Both the position numbers and the translations under genes were made by a program. Of a stretch of 64,000 bases of DNA, positions 24,778 through 38,231 are shown piece after piece. The stretch is from Adineta vaga (lineage: Eukaryota > Animalia > Rotifera). The stretch spans positions 15,376,001-15,440,000 of the forward strand of contig CP075493.1 in assembly GCA_021613535.1 (NCBI GenBank), in the 5' to 3' direction. Numbering within the stretch: the stretch's first letter is position 1; every line of letters begins with the position of its first letter. The notes under the pieces are model-generated. The model was not told where the DNA came from and made no database searches. It saw only the letters and a list, made by a program, of their open reading frames with translations.

Positions 24778-25423
24778 TTCCACAGGCGGAATCGGTTTCC
24801 AGAATCCAGAACTTTAGACCATGTTTGACCATGGTAAGAAAACTTTTCAAAGACATGGTTAGATAAATGAGAGTAAATAGAAAATACTGTAAAACTTCTA
24901 TAAACAACATATTCTTTTCTTAGCGAGAAATCATCTTCAGTTTGTATAGTTCAGTAGTACTTACGGACGACTTCTAATTATTGGCTCACTAGTCCAAATA
25001 TGGCTGCCATCACTTCAGATGATAAATCAATTCACGTATCCCAAGAGGTTGAGTTTTTTTTTACATTCCTAAAAATGTTTTACTGAAGATACATTCGTGT
25101 TTTGTGTTACGCACATATATCAACCGCAATTTCGACGCATTTTAAGAAAAACACATGATGGTTGTTTATGTAATTGATCAAATATACAATTGAAAAAGAT
25201 GTTTCTGTTGATGTCAAAGAAACGAGCGAAATCTCAAGAATACAGAGTCTTCCGACACGACTTTGCAATCACGCATATACCTGCGAGGTCATAATGAATC
25301 ATTAAAAATATTGCTAAGGATAGATTAAAAAGTTATCATTGTTCCGGATTAACTGACAAAAGTTTATTATTATTTCACAAAGCGTTTTCATAAAGAAAAG
25401 TAGTGACAAAATAAGTAGGTGTT

Positions 25424-28400
25424 CTATTTATAGGTGATCAAGTATTCGGCAAAAGCTTGTGCATCATGATAGATGACGAAAATATGTGTTCCATCGGTTG
25501 TGGAATCGAATCCAGCGGGTCGACTCTTTACTGAACTATTTCCTTGAGTTGTTTTTCCAATCAATACACGAGCCACAAACATACACCGTTCTGCATTCGA
25601 ATTTGCATAGGTAAATCTGTGGCTATAGGCCGCATGTGATGAAAAATAAACACCAACACCATATGCTGTACCTAATTGCAAAGTAAAATGATAGTCTCTG
25701 AAGAAAGAAGCAATATTAAAATAGCATACCATGTGTTCCAGCAAAACTTCGGTTAAAACAGTCTTCAATAATCAAGTCTGCTACTGGTTGAGAACAACCA
25801 TGATACAAACTCTTTTCCGTGTCTATATTGAGCCGTTGTATGAATTCTCGACTATGTGCCACATATTGTATATACCATCGTTCATTCTGAATTCGTTCGA
25901 TTTGTATTATTGTAGTATATTTTCTTTTCATTGTTTGATCGAAATCAGCAATAATTGATTTATATTCAGCACTGTCGCTTGGAACGACGAAACGTAATTT
26001 ATTTTCCGCTGATTTTTCCCATGTTGGAGGTAGTTGATGATCAAGTGACGTTCCAAAGGCTATTAAAATAAAATGCATGTAATCTATGAATATCTTGCCC
26101 GAATTTGTAGTAAATGAAAAAGAGTAAAATGTTTATCGTACCTTCTCGAGATGACAATATTTGGGTACAAAATTGATCGAAAATAGTTTGTTGTCCTGAT
26201 TGAATGACAAACTTCACTGCCAATGGTACATTTCTTACTGTAAGCTGATGTTTAATTTCTTTAATCATCGTCTTAACTACAATATTTATAGGACAGCCAT
26301 ACTTTCCGCATCCAATAGCTGGAATTGCGATCGAAGTAAATTTATACGAAATGACATTCTGAATAACATTCGATATAAAGTCTACGAGTGATTGTCGAAG
26401 AACTTCTTCGTTTTTGTCTGGGCACCACTTAGCAAAAAATATTTGTTTGCAACGCAGTTTACCAGATGGAACTGAGACTAAGAGTGAATTTGGATTTTTT
26501 TCATATTCGTTTTCATACGCTATTTCAACATCGGTACCAGCTGCGTTCATTATTTCTTTCTTTAAAATATCTGACGATGAGTTTCCAATAATAACGTCAA
26601 CCTATTGGTCATAACAGAGAAGAAATATGCTTGAAATTGATGAGAATCCTGCTTTTCATAATTACCTTTTGCGCTGTTATATCTCCCATTTGAACTTCAA
26701 CTGATCCGTTTCCAATGCTTACTAATAAGGATTTTATCTCTGTAGTCTGCTGAACTAAATTCATTTGTTTTTGAAACTCGTCGTAAATGTCCATCCTGTC
26801 TGGTAGTATTACAAAGGAAACGGACATGGGATAATTCACTAGTTGACGATAGACTTCATCAACAATTGTCCATGCAACAAGACTAATTGAACATCTGTAT
26901 CCACCGCAACCAATAGCCGGAAATGCGATACTTTGATATTTGTCACTTGCTGCTTTTTCCATTGCATTCGAGACGAACTTTCTAATTGATTCACAGCATT
27001 TAATAGCATCTGTATTAGGTTTCCATGGAAGAATGTAAACTGTTTTCGCTGCTAGCTGACCACTAGCTGCGATAGTAATGATAGGAGCAGCTGGAGCTTT
27101 TTTTAATTCAGTTGCAAATGTCTTTATCAAATCTCCGCCGATATTGAAAACGCTGTTCCTTAAAGTCTTTGAAAACGGACATACAACGATAACATCGCTC
27201 TAAAACATAAGTGAGTGAATCGTCCTTACCGATTTAGAATACTTGAACTTACTTGATCGGCTGTTAAATTACCTTGACAAACTCGAACCAATGCATTCAA
27301 ATCTCTGTTAATAATTGGTTGCTATACGAGAGAAAATAAGAAATATAATATATACTATTATGTGAGTAATTCTACTAAGAATTTAGTATGATGTGATTAC
27401 GTTTTCCATCTTTGATCAAGGATGATCTTAGATAGATCAGATACTTACGATCGATGATGTGCTCACATTTCCTAATCTACTCCATTTTTTGGAATACAAT
27501 TTGAAACAAGCATTACCTTAAATTAAAAAAAGACTTTGGAATTGTATAGATCTGGCATATTTTCCAAAAAATAACCTTTAGGACAAAGATAGATTGGATT
27601 GAGCTTCGAGACGCGCTGTTTGAAGAGAGCAAATTGTGTTTCATAACTGAAATCCTCCATACAATCGATAAACCAGCTAAAACCATGTTCACGATCCCAC
27701 GTGTTGGCTCGTTTATTGGTTATTAATGTGTCCCAAAGTTCTTCGGCACGTTTGAGTATTAGATAGAGATTCGCTTGTTTCAACATAAACGAAAGTGGTT
27801 CAAGATGATTGTTCGTCGATTCTTGGAAGGTGAGATGTCCATCAACTAGTGTGTCGGCTGTTACATTACTTTGCATTTTGTTCCACATATCCTGTTGAAT
27901 ATTTGAGAGACTCTCAATCAAGACACTGATAATATCATATTTGTTAACCAGGTCTTTAATAAGATTTTGATTATTTGTTGGATTAAGATGCAATATTTCG
28001 TTGAGATATTTAACCGAGCGTGCGTGCCAACCTTCTTTTCGTTGAATAAGTCCTATGCATTTGAGGCTATAATCGCGTCTGAATTCTTCGCATTCCGGGC
28101 GGTTTTCGCTAAGTATTTTATAGTGACTACGAAGCAAACAGTTAAGCATCGATGAGCTCAAACCGTTTGTGAATGTCATATCCCATAAAATTTCCAAGAT
28201 CTAGAACAAACTTGTAATTTTGCCCCTATAGTTTTTATAAAACCTACCCGAGCAGCCGATTCTTTTTCGCGTGTACGGCCAATTTCACCCAACAACAGGA
28301 TAGAATTCTCATGCATAGGCATCGTTTGTGTTTTCCAAGACTGAAATTTTCATAAAATCCAAGTTCCTGCTTCATTCAATCAATACTCACTTCATAGACA

Positions 28401-30486
28401 CAATCAATTAAATGATTCAGCTGTTCTGAATTGAATTTGACCGCTGCAGCAAATATCAACGGGATAAAAAGATCGACGATCAAGTGTGATTGGCGATACT
28501 AAATGCATAAACAATATTTTATCAGTATCTCCTGCTCAGTAATGATAGAAATCTACCTGCATTTTCCATAGCTTTTCAACGTCGTCTTTGATAAAGTACG
28601 GTGCAATAAAACGCACTAGTATACACACTTTATCCCTGTATTCTGTTTGATTGATATTTCCTATTTCCGTTCAAGAATGAATTATTTGCTTGAGAAAAAA
28701 TGTCCCTATAAGGTAACTTACCTTCCAATGCTTTAGATAGAATCGAATTTTCCATTATATATTCTGTAAGCACATCATGTGGGATCGGTGTACTATTCTC
28801 AATAATCTTAGCGAGCTATAATAAAAAAAAATTCCAAATGATCCTAATAGTAACTAAAAGAAAGAAAAAGTCTTATACTTCGGTCAAGGAATTCATTTTA
28901 GAATTGATATTTGTTTGAGTAATCATTTTTAAAATGAGATTCAAATGCAAGTTTTCAAGACGTTTAAAGCAATATGGCCATATGGCTGAGTAAAGTTTTC
29001 GTAGAGTGGATAACAGCTCGAATGTGTTGTTTATCGACTAAATTTCTCACATTTATATAATTACAAGCAGAAAAAGAAAGAATACAAACTTTAGTTTGAA
29101 AATCATTCTCGTTCATATTTTCGATATAAGTAAATATTTGGTCAATCTCTTTGGCGAATAATAGTCGATATTTTCCTTTGATAATATAATCCATACAATT
29201 AACAAATGGAGCTAGTAGAGCATTGAATTCCTAGAAATAGCAAATGTTATGTTAACAATCGATATGATTAGCTGTCTACCAGAGCAGTCAATGATTGATG
29301 ATTTTGAAATTGTGCTTTCAAATTTTTAATTCCATCTTTTAAGACGAATCGATTAATAATTTGACAAAGCCAACCGTATGTATCACTTGAAGAGGTCGAT
29401 AATAATGAAGGACTGAATAGCCGACAATCATTTAGTTCTTCAATATCGAAAGAACGTTCAAACGGTTGATTTTTGTTTTTAGTTTGAAAGACAGAATTTG
29501 GATCGAAGAGTATACCTAATGTTTCAAGTAATTGAACAGGCACAGGTCTGTATGAAAGTCGAGCAGCAATTAAATCGATTAATAATTCTGTCATTTCCAA
29601 TATGCCCAATTGTACTTTATCTGACCAAGTATTCACATAATGCGACCAGTGTAACTAGAGAAATTCGACTAAAAAGTCCAATGAGAATGAAACGAAGAAA
29701 AACGACGCACTTTTCTAAAGGCTTCTGGTATAAGAACTTCTATGAATCGTTCGTAACACTCATCTTTATCAGCAGTGCCTATTGGATGAGATGAATAGAT
29801 TGAAAAGAAATAAACAAACAACTATTTTTGTATCTTACCAACAAGAGCAGTTTTAGTTGCTGACAAAAGACATTGGCCTAATTCTTCTTCACCTATGAAA
29901 CACAAAAGAAAATTATATCAATCATCAAAAATATTCATATAATCTATTCAGATTATCAAATAGAAAAAAGTCTATAGTAGCTTCAAGATAAAAAAAAGTG
30001 AATATCTACTGTCTAACTTACGTTTGAAAGGAATGTTCCAATCGTCTCCATAGACTTCAGTTTCCAAATGCAAAAAAGCAGCAGTGGTGAACAAATTCGA
30101 ATCGTTCTTGGAAGGAGCCTAATCAATAGAAAGACAGAGTATATATGTTTATAACGACATTGAGCTGTGGAAAATGATAAACATAGAATTCTTTTGATTT
30201 TATATGATTCATATCCGATATTTTGTCGCTCTTCAATTGACTAACCGTTTTCTGTTCGAATAGTCCATCCAACAACCAATCGATATCTGTTGTTGTTAAA
30301 CACGGTGCGAGATCATTCACTGCAACAGTAGTTGAATTTCTAATTCGAATAAAAATGAAACGTTAATATTAACAAGGTAAATAATCATTTCGAAGCTCAC
30401 CCATCATTCGTGTCGGGTTCTATACGTTTGCGTTTAGAAGTATTGCCATCTAACAATGTGTTGATCGAATGATCAATACGTTTCAT
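25424..30486 (-). CDS. Multi-exon macrodomain PARP (PARP14/15-like) with a USP24/USP9-like helical N-terminus
   Basis: C-terminal PARP catalytic domain (LYHG, FNRSFAG, YGVGVYFS, EYLITY) and two macrodomains (SIAFPAIGCG, SIAIPAIGCG). Upstream exons read WNIPFKREEELGQCLL, LIPEAFRK, LLIDLIAAR, ILEILWDM and EELWDTL..DREHGFSWF. Probable ATG at 30486; not every exon boundary was checked. Confidence 0.8.
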
Positions 30487-31843
30487 TGCACTCGTATTTG
30501 AATTAAATGTACAAGATATATCTGAAATATTTTAAATCTCATTTTATAAACTCATCCGTTGAGATTCTGTTGACTTTCGATTGGCTTTGTTATATAAGAG
30601 AGAAAATCGAATGTAAAGTGAATAAATGTCTCTATCCTAATTGTGCATACATTTCCAGAACAGAGACATCATTGCTTAGGTCATAAAAGTTCTGTGTCCT
30701 TGAAGTAAAACAAGAAGTGTTAGCGATTATGATATATGAAAATCAGCATTTATAGCTTATAGACATTAAGCTGAATGTTTTGATGACAATGATTATTGAA
30801 TAAACTATTCTAAACGTCAGAAAGAGAGTCAGTACCAAAGAGAGATTAAAGTTACCCAATTTCATTCAATCTCAGATCACCATCATTGATTATATAACCG
30901 AAAATTCCATAGAAAATTTTATTGGATAGTTCTTGATACTAATGAAAATATATACATATACTCATAATTCTGTCGCAATTGTTTAGTTTCTTCATCAGAA
31001 TAATCATTTATAGTCAGCTATCGTTTGAATTGATTCAAGTATATAGTCTTACAATTAAAATATAATCTAAAGAAATAATAGAATGAAAAATTATCATATT
31101 TTTATGCAAATATATGTCGAAAATGTGTGCAGAAAAAAAGAAATAAGCCAAACAACGTGCATATTTAGTGTTCTTTTTTGAGTAAAAGAATGATGTATCT
31201 TATATTTTTCTCTTCTGTTCTTTTATTTCAAAATTTATGAGTCATTTTCTTTGTTGGAAAGAAAAACGAGACGGAAAAAACCAACGGAGCTATAGATAGG
31301 AAGAGAAAAGAACGTTTGGTTAAAATCAGAAAGAAGAGACAAACAATTTAACTCTAAAAACTTATCCTTATTCGAACCGGAATTTCCATGTAGCATGTAT
31401 TGTAAAATTAAATGTTTTCTTGTATGATTACGAACGACATGTATAATTTGTTTCGTTATTTTTTGTGTTTTATAGTATAAGATTTATTCCAACATGATTT
31501 TCATTTTTATCTATAAATAAAATAAAATCGACAAATTTGTTTAATTCAACATTTGTGACGAAACATTTTTTTCTTATCGGTTTCTGCACATTTAATAAAA
31601 ATAATCTTACCTAATAGAAGCACGAGGGGAAAAAACACGTGTATTTCACATCTACCCTCTTTATAGATATATCAATGTATTATTCATATGTAATTTTTTG
31701 TTCCTTTCAAAAGATAAATATCGTCAACTAGTTACTGATAGGTAGGAAAAATCAAGAAGCATTGATCGTCTTATAATAAACTGAAAGAAGATCAAATAAA
31801 GGCTGACAGTGCGATTTCGTTCACTTCTACAACTTTAAAAGTT

Positions 31844-31895
31844 CAGTGTGGGTGTGTGTGTTGATGAGAGTATAAAATATACACCACACCCTCAG
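31844..31895 (-). repeat. Palindromic junction element, conserved-spacer subfamily
   Basis: The reverse complement CTGAGGGTGTGGTGTATATTTTATACTCTCATCAACACACACACCCACACTG shares its spacer with the 36980 and 40823 copies. Confidence 0.9.
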
Positions 31896-32124
31896 ATGGA
31901 TTAATTTCATTTAATTTTTTCTTATCGACCAGTCTTGATAAATCTGTTGGTACTCTTTTTGTTGAGAGTAGTTCATTAAACCCTGATCTCGTAGATATTC
32001 TCTTTAAAATAGGAGTGAATTCGTCAATATCATCAACAGCTTTCTGCAATACTGTTAATGTCAATTGTCTTGGCGATGAAGAGAACGAAGTTCTTTTCTG
32101 AATGCATTCTTCTTTTTTCGGATT

Positions 32125-32703
32125 GGAGAAATGAAATTAATTAGTGAAAATAATCGTCTATCGAACGTATACGAGAAGAAACATTTCCTGGCCAAGAATG
32201 ATGGTATCGATTAGGTCAAGTATTGATTAAATTAGGTGAATTTAGTAAAGCTCAACAAGTCTATAATGAATTACTTAATCAAACATCAGTTATATCACAA
32301 AGAACTGGTATTTGTTTTCAGCTTGCATGGATTTAAGATAATCAAGGAGAACATGAAGAAGTAATTCGATTTTATAAAAATTTTAATTGAAATTAATGAG
32401 CAAATAATTGAACACGATCATCATCAAATCGCTTATACTTATCACAATCTGGGTATAATATATAATAAAACGGGTGGCTATTCGAAAGCACTTGAAATTC
32501 GACTGAAAACTCTATTTCCAAATGATTCAATCTTGGCTACTTCTTATAATAATATCGGAGGAGTATATCAAACTATGGGCCAGTATTCAAAAGCTGTTTC
32601 ATACTGTGAACATGCGTTACAAATTGAAATACGCGCATTGCATCAAAATCATCCAACTCTTCGAGTAATACGAAGGAATATTCAAGAGATGAAGAAGTTC
32701 TAA
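32125..32703 (+). pseudogene. TPR-containing C-terminal fragment of an ART-TPR paralog, frameshifted
   Basis: WYRLGQVLIKLGEFSKAQQVY and LATSYNNIGGVY resemble 17832-20258. Stops and frameshifts present; ART domain absent. Confidence 0.75.
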
Positions 32704-32784
32704 TAACTATGATATTTTTATTTTTTTAATCTAATTAATGTGATTGTACGTGAGGCACGTGAGTTTATGTTCTGGAACTGCTCT

Positions 32785-33951
32785 CTATGGGTTATTGATT
32801 TGATTCAATCGTAGTCGAAGAATGTGGAATAAATGCATAAGTTCTTTTCGAAATAATTGACTTGACAATGTAAAACAATAGAAACTTGTACATGCGCCTG
32901 TGAGAGATAAAGCACCAGTTATATTTGCAAATAGAGTATCTTTAGCGAGTTGAAGAGCATCCGGAACTACATTAATTCTCAATGAACTATAGATCCAGAA
33001 GACTGAGATGGGAGTTGACATCAAACTATAATAAATGCATTGACCTATCATCATTTGAATCAACTGTCGATCGGTCGACTTGCGAATTCTCCACTGTTCT
33101 TGTGGCAAGGATCTGCTTTCGGTTTGATTATTAGTCAGAATCTTCATTGGTACAGTCTTTCTCACTGTTTGCTGCACATGTCGAATGGTAAGAGAGCCAA
33201 AAATGAGTATAATAATTGATGGTCCCAAGCTGAATATCAACAAACCCCACATGCCATTAAAAAGTGGATAGACACTTTGACTTGCAGGACATCTTGTGAT
33301 CGTTTGTATATTTTCAAATTGAATGGGTACATAGATGTAAAAGGTACCCATAATAATAGGCATGCATAAAATAGATCGACAACTAACACGAAGATTGCTC
33401 CACGCTCGCACGGTGGTAGATGGTGAACTGCATAGAAATCTATCAAAAATAAATAAATCGCTATTGTTAGATTTCTCATTCTAATATCGTGCTAATTTGA
33501 CATCAATTGAATACGAAAAATCTATCATAGGATATTGTATGACTTACCGATCGATGGATGCCAAAACGATGAACCAAGATGCTTGAGCTCTAAAATAATA
33601 TTTCAAAAAAAATATTCCATTGATATTTTAGAAACAAACTCAGTACTTTGTGCAGTATACAATAAACGTAAGAATTTTACATGAGACAGTTGAATATCCG
33701 AAAGTATTAATCTTGTACATAAGTTGCAAAAGACGAAGTAAAACATTTATTAGAGTAACAAGTAAACCACTTATTGTTGATGCTAAAAAGTAACGTACAC
33801 AAGGATTCGAACGCAATGTTGGACGTGTAAACACGTAAAAATTCAATGAATGACCAACAATACCAAGACAAAACAATAAATAAGACCAAAATTGGTAAAA
33901 TACACTATTAGAATAATTTATAGCAGCAATACTCGTATTCAATGACGACAT
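32785..33951 (-). CDS. Rhodopsin-like GPCR, join(33951-33647,33589-33548,33439-32785)
   Basis: RSNPC, SIDRF (across an exon junction) and FYCFTLSSQLFR. Phases are consistent across two GT-AG introns. Confidence 0.85.
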
Positions 33952-34530
33952 ATTCTTATGAAATAACAGATAGAAATGATGAGAAAACTAAAAAGAATGT
34001 AAATGAGTGTCTCAACAAAGTTTTGAAATAGGCGTTTTTTTTCTTCTTCTTCTTAATTCTCTACAATAAATTAATACTGGAAAAAATATTTCTTCTACAT
34101 GACTTTTCTCATATATGTACGTTTCTATGAGATATCTCTTGACAATTTGACAAAAATAAATATATTCTACATATTTTTTTTCAAGCAAAGGTCATTAAAA
34201 ACTGTGCTCTTAAGCACGGAAAGATCATACTCCAGAAGAGAAAGAAATGCGAAAAATAGATTAAAAATTATTCACAAGAGAGCATTCTATAAATCTTCAT
34301 TGTACATCCCACTTATGTAAGGATATATGTTTGGACCATGAAGAAAACATCTGAAGGGAGAGTTTCTCTCATCTTCAATACTTATCTATGTAATCAGTAT
34401 TAACGCTTTAAGATTTCATAATGAAATATGATAAAGGTCAATTTTGTTATTTCGTAACTTTTCTCTATCCTGTATAAAGAGATAATTTTTCTTTGTATTT
34501 TGTCATTTGAAATAAAGTATAGATAAGAAA

Positions 34531-35559
34531 ATGTTGAAAATTGCACGCCGACAATTAGGAAGAAATGGTCCTGATGTGTCATGTATTGGTTGTGGAGCAA
34601 TTGTGTTACCATTTGGTAATGACGAAGAAGAAGAAGATAAACGATTTCAAATCTATAATCGTGCAATTGAAATTGGTTGTAATTTTTTTGATAGTGGTGA
34701 TATTTATGGTGATAGTGAAGATTCATTTCGAAAATATTTTGAAAAGTACCCAAATCAACGCGACAAAATGTTTCTTGCAACAAAATTTGGACTTGTATTC
34801 TCTCAAGAATCAAAATCCTATACAGTTCGTGGTGATGCTCAGTATGTTTATGAAGCATGTGAAAAAAGTTTAAAACGTCTTGGTATAAATTCAATTGATC
34901 TCTATTATATTCATTGTATTGATAAAACAATTCCAATTGAAGAAACAATAAATGCAATGAAAGAATTAATTCATTTAGGTAAAATTAAATATATTGGTTT
35001 ATCAAATTGTTCAAGTAATACACTTCAACGTGCATATTTAATTCATCCAATTTCATGTGTACAAATTGAATATTCACCATTTAATCTTGAGATCGAAAAT
35101 GAACAAAATAATCTTTTAAAAACATGTCGACAACTTGGTGTAACTGTTGTTTGTTACTCGCCGTTAAGTCGAGGAATTCTTGGTGGAAATATTCAATGTT
35201 TAAATGATTTAAGAACAAATGATTTTCGAAGACAATTTCCAAGATTTTTCGAAGAAAATCTGATGAAAAATGTTGAATTAACTGAAAAATTAAGAAAATT
35301 AAGTGAGAAAAAAGGTTGTACTCTTAGTCAATTAACATTAGCATGGATTGTTGCTCAAGGTGATGATTTTATTCCAATTCCAAGTACAACAAATATTCAA
35401 CATTTAGAAGAAAATCTTGTTTCAACTCAAATTCAATTGAATCCAGAAGAATTAAACGAAATTCGACAAATTTGTCAACATTTTCAAATTGCTGGTGAAT
35501 CTTGTCCAACAAATATGTTACATTTCTTGTTTGCTGATTCAGCTCCTAAAATTGATTAA
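34531..35559 (+). CDS. Aldo-keto reductase (AKR13-like), intronless
   Basis: FFDSGDIYG, ATKFG, SLKRLG..SIDLYY.H, IGLS, QIEYS, YSPL.RG and IPIP motifs. Confidence 0.9.
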   Translation: MLKIARRQLGRNGPDVSCIGCGAIVLPFGNDEEEEDKRFQIYNRAIEIGCNFFDSGDIYGDSEDSFRKYFEKYPNQRDKMFLATKFGLVFSQESKSYTVRGDAQYVYEACEKSLKRLGINSIDLYYIHCIDKTIPIEETINAMKELIHLGKIKYIGLSNCSSNTLQRAYLIHPISCVQIEYSPFNLEIENEQNNLLKTCRQLGVTVVCYSPLSRGILGGNIQCLNDLRTNDFRRQFPRFFEENLMKNVELTEKLRKLSEKKGCTLSQLTLAWIVAQGDDFIPIPSTTNIQHLEENLVSTQIQLNPEELNEIRQICQHFQIAGESCPTNMLHFLFADSAPKID

Positions 35560-36840
35560 ATTTAAATAATCATGTCGAACTGAGAAGAATATTCATGGAA
35601 ATAAATTGAAGAATAAGAAAAAAAGTAGAAAATAAAATTGACTAATGCAACGGCGTAGCCAGGATTTTCAGATAAATAGACAAAAATTTGTAAAATTAGA
35701 AAAACATAAGAAATAGGAAGTAATCTCCTCTCTATATACTCGAAAACAACTGCGATACATTTCAACATTAATTTCCCTTTTAAAGCTGATCTAATCATCC
35801 ATATATACATATTCGTTTCTGAATTTAAGATAAACTTTTCTAGAACATTGAAAAACTAAGAAAAATACTTTTCTTCGTAGTTAGACTTAAACACTACCGC
35901 CCTGTTACATCCCATCGACTACTATGCATCTATCTTACGAAAAATATGATTATTGTCAAAAATGAAATATTTCAGCCCCATATCTATCAGAAATTTATAT
36001 TTACTTTTTCTTTCTTGGTTTTTTTTTACAGATATCATCTGATGATTCGCGTATTGTAATATAAGTAATGAAATAGATAACAAAAAACGTTAATAATATT
36101 TACTGTTGTTTTCTTTCTGAACATAATATAATAAAAGCTCGCCATTTCTATCTATCTTCTTGTTGACTATAATTATTCAAAGTGATGATCGACAAACTAC
36201 AAATAAGGATATCAATATAAAAATATTGATGGAAATCGTTACACAGAGTAATTCATTTGATAGTTAAATTGATTTTAATCGCGTATTGGTTTAGATTCAT
36301 CAGCCATATTAACATGTTCATCACATGTAGTACCTATGATTTGGAAAGGAACATTAAATGGTCCGTTATCATATTCAATACTAAGTATTATCTTTTACAA
36401 GTTATATTCGTATGTAAAACGTTGTATTAACTGGATCTACATATTCTGAGAAAAATTACGTCAACAATTATAAAAAGTCGAAAAGATATAATCTCTGAAC
36501 AAGATTTGGTGATTATTTTTGTGATGATCTTAAGAGATGTTATTATGAGGACTCCTGTTCATCTATGCGATCCACATTCCTCACCTAAAAAATTTGAAAA
36601 TAAATACAGTTAAGCAATAAACCACGGAATAGACATGAATAACAATAAGAGTGAGCACCTTTTGAGTAAGAAAGCTTTGTCAATGTTTATTCATATAGAA
36701 AACAGAAAGAAAGAGACAAAAATGAAATCATTGTTTCTATCGACGACATCGTTCAAACAGATGATGATATGAATATATCAATATTTATATACATTGGCAT
36801 TGATAAGGAAAGAATCGTTTAGATAAATCATACAATAAAT

Positions 36841-36980
36841 ATGAACCATTCAATTGTTCAATTGAATGATTTATCTGACGAAATTCTTATGATTATTTTG
36901 AAAAAATTATGGAATGTTACAGTATACTCCATGCTTTAATAGGTGTTAATACAAAATTGGATAGAATTGCATGTGATCCG
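36841..36980 (+). pseudogene. N-terminal F-box fragment cut off at a junction element
   Basis: MNHSIVQLNDLSDEILMIILKKL, then after a frameshift ALIGVNTKLDRIACDP, running directly into GGGTGTGGGTG. Confidence 0.7.
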
Positions 36981-37027
36981 GGTGTGGGTGTTTATTATAT
37001 ACTCTCATCAACACCCACACCCTCAAG
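36980..37027 (+). repeat. Palindromic junction element, conserved-spacer subfamily
   Basis: GGGTGTGGGTGTTTATTATATACTCTCATCAACACCCACACCCTCAAG; perfect 13-bp stem. Confidence 0.95.
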
Positions 37028-38231
37028 AATTAAAAACCTTTTGCTCGCAGCGACAAAAACGTCGCCCAATGCTTTCCTCGAAATTAACCATTTTTGCCCA
37101 TTTCTCTAAAAATCCTGGCTACGCCACTGATAGTCAGTGCTCACTGATCAATATATTGGCCATTTCCTGGAAGTTCCCTCATTAGGATAATTCGAGTGTC
37201 AGACGTTTCGATTGTTTTTTTCGTCATTTGATAGCGCAAGACGAGTACTGTGTATCTATATCTTTCTATCAGTATTTCTCTCTCTCTATATATAGACACG
37301 TGTATAATAGAAAAAACTCTTTGAAGATAGAATGTAATAGATGCGAATATACTAGTATGATAAGAAAAATAATCACACAAAAAACTGCAAATAAATGTTG
37401 TTATCATACGTTTAAACATTCTAACTGAGATGCATGTAATTATACAATCTAATAAAAGTTTTATTGTGATGTTTTTTATATATAGTTCAATAGAGACCAT
37501 TGAACTTTCCAAAACTGTCTGTATGAAGAAAAACTGAATCTTTTTATTCTCGTAAATTTACCAACAACTTGTATTTTATATAATTGCTACACGAATGATG
37601 GTTAATATACTTTCTGTAGTAGCAATAGAAGTTTCTCAGATTTTATACATAGTTCCACGTGAATTTATATTTTTCAATCATGTAGAGTAAATTCATTGTG
37701 AAAATATATAGTGATATATAGAAAAAATTATTAAGCTTATGATTGTTTATTGAAAATATCTTGTTAAAAACTTTCGCAGGAGGCGGGACGGCACAGAAAA
37801 ATCCTTACCCCGCCGGTCTCTGAACATTTTAGTATTATTGCTTATGATTCTAGGATGCATTGGCAACAGTTTAGAGGGACACCGATTGCTAGAGCTTATT
37901 CGACATTTTATACAATTAAAGCAAGTACTGTAGTTGAATTACAGTGATAAATCGAAAAACTTTTTTTTTGTCACAATTAATCATCTCTTTACAATTTTGT
38001 TAGACTATTCCTTGGATATAAATATGATCTTCTCTTCTTTTCTATAAGATAACATTTTCCTTTAGTCATTTATTTCTGCTTAAAATAATAGCATACCTCC
38101 AACTAAAGGTGTTTTATCTACTGATAATGATAAGCGCACATATATATATATGTTGTACTTTTATCTATTTTAATTCAATTTTTTCTTCTACTAGGTACGT
38201 TGTGCAGCATAAAAATACTCATATTACTCAA

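Larger units (their letters stand above)
35648..37129. mobile_element. Non-autonomous element bounded by about 40-bp inverted repeats (hAT-like ends)
   Basis: CAACGGCGTAGCCAGGATTTTCAGATAAATAGACAAAAAT at 35648 versus the reverse complement of the right end, CAGTGGCGTAGCCAGGATTTTTAGAGAAATGGGCAAAAAT. No transposase and no clean TSD. Confidence 0.6.

Noticed and set aside
34400-34957. 185-aa antisense ORF over the aldo-keto reductase, and many similar 60-120 aa antisense or alternate-frame ORFs
   Set aside because: These are shadows of real genes or AT-rich chance ORFs with no recognisable motifs.
37775-37822. GC-rich stretch ending CCCCGCCGGTCTCTG, and a hairpin TAGAGGGCTG...CAGCCCCTCTA at 58846-58878
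   Set aside because: Single occurrences that may be transposon ends; no partner or family support in the window.
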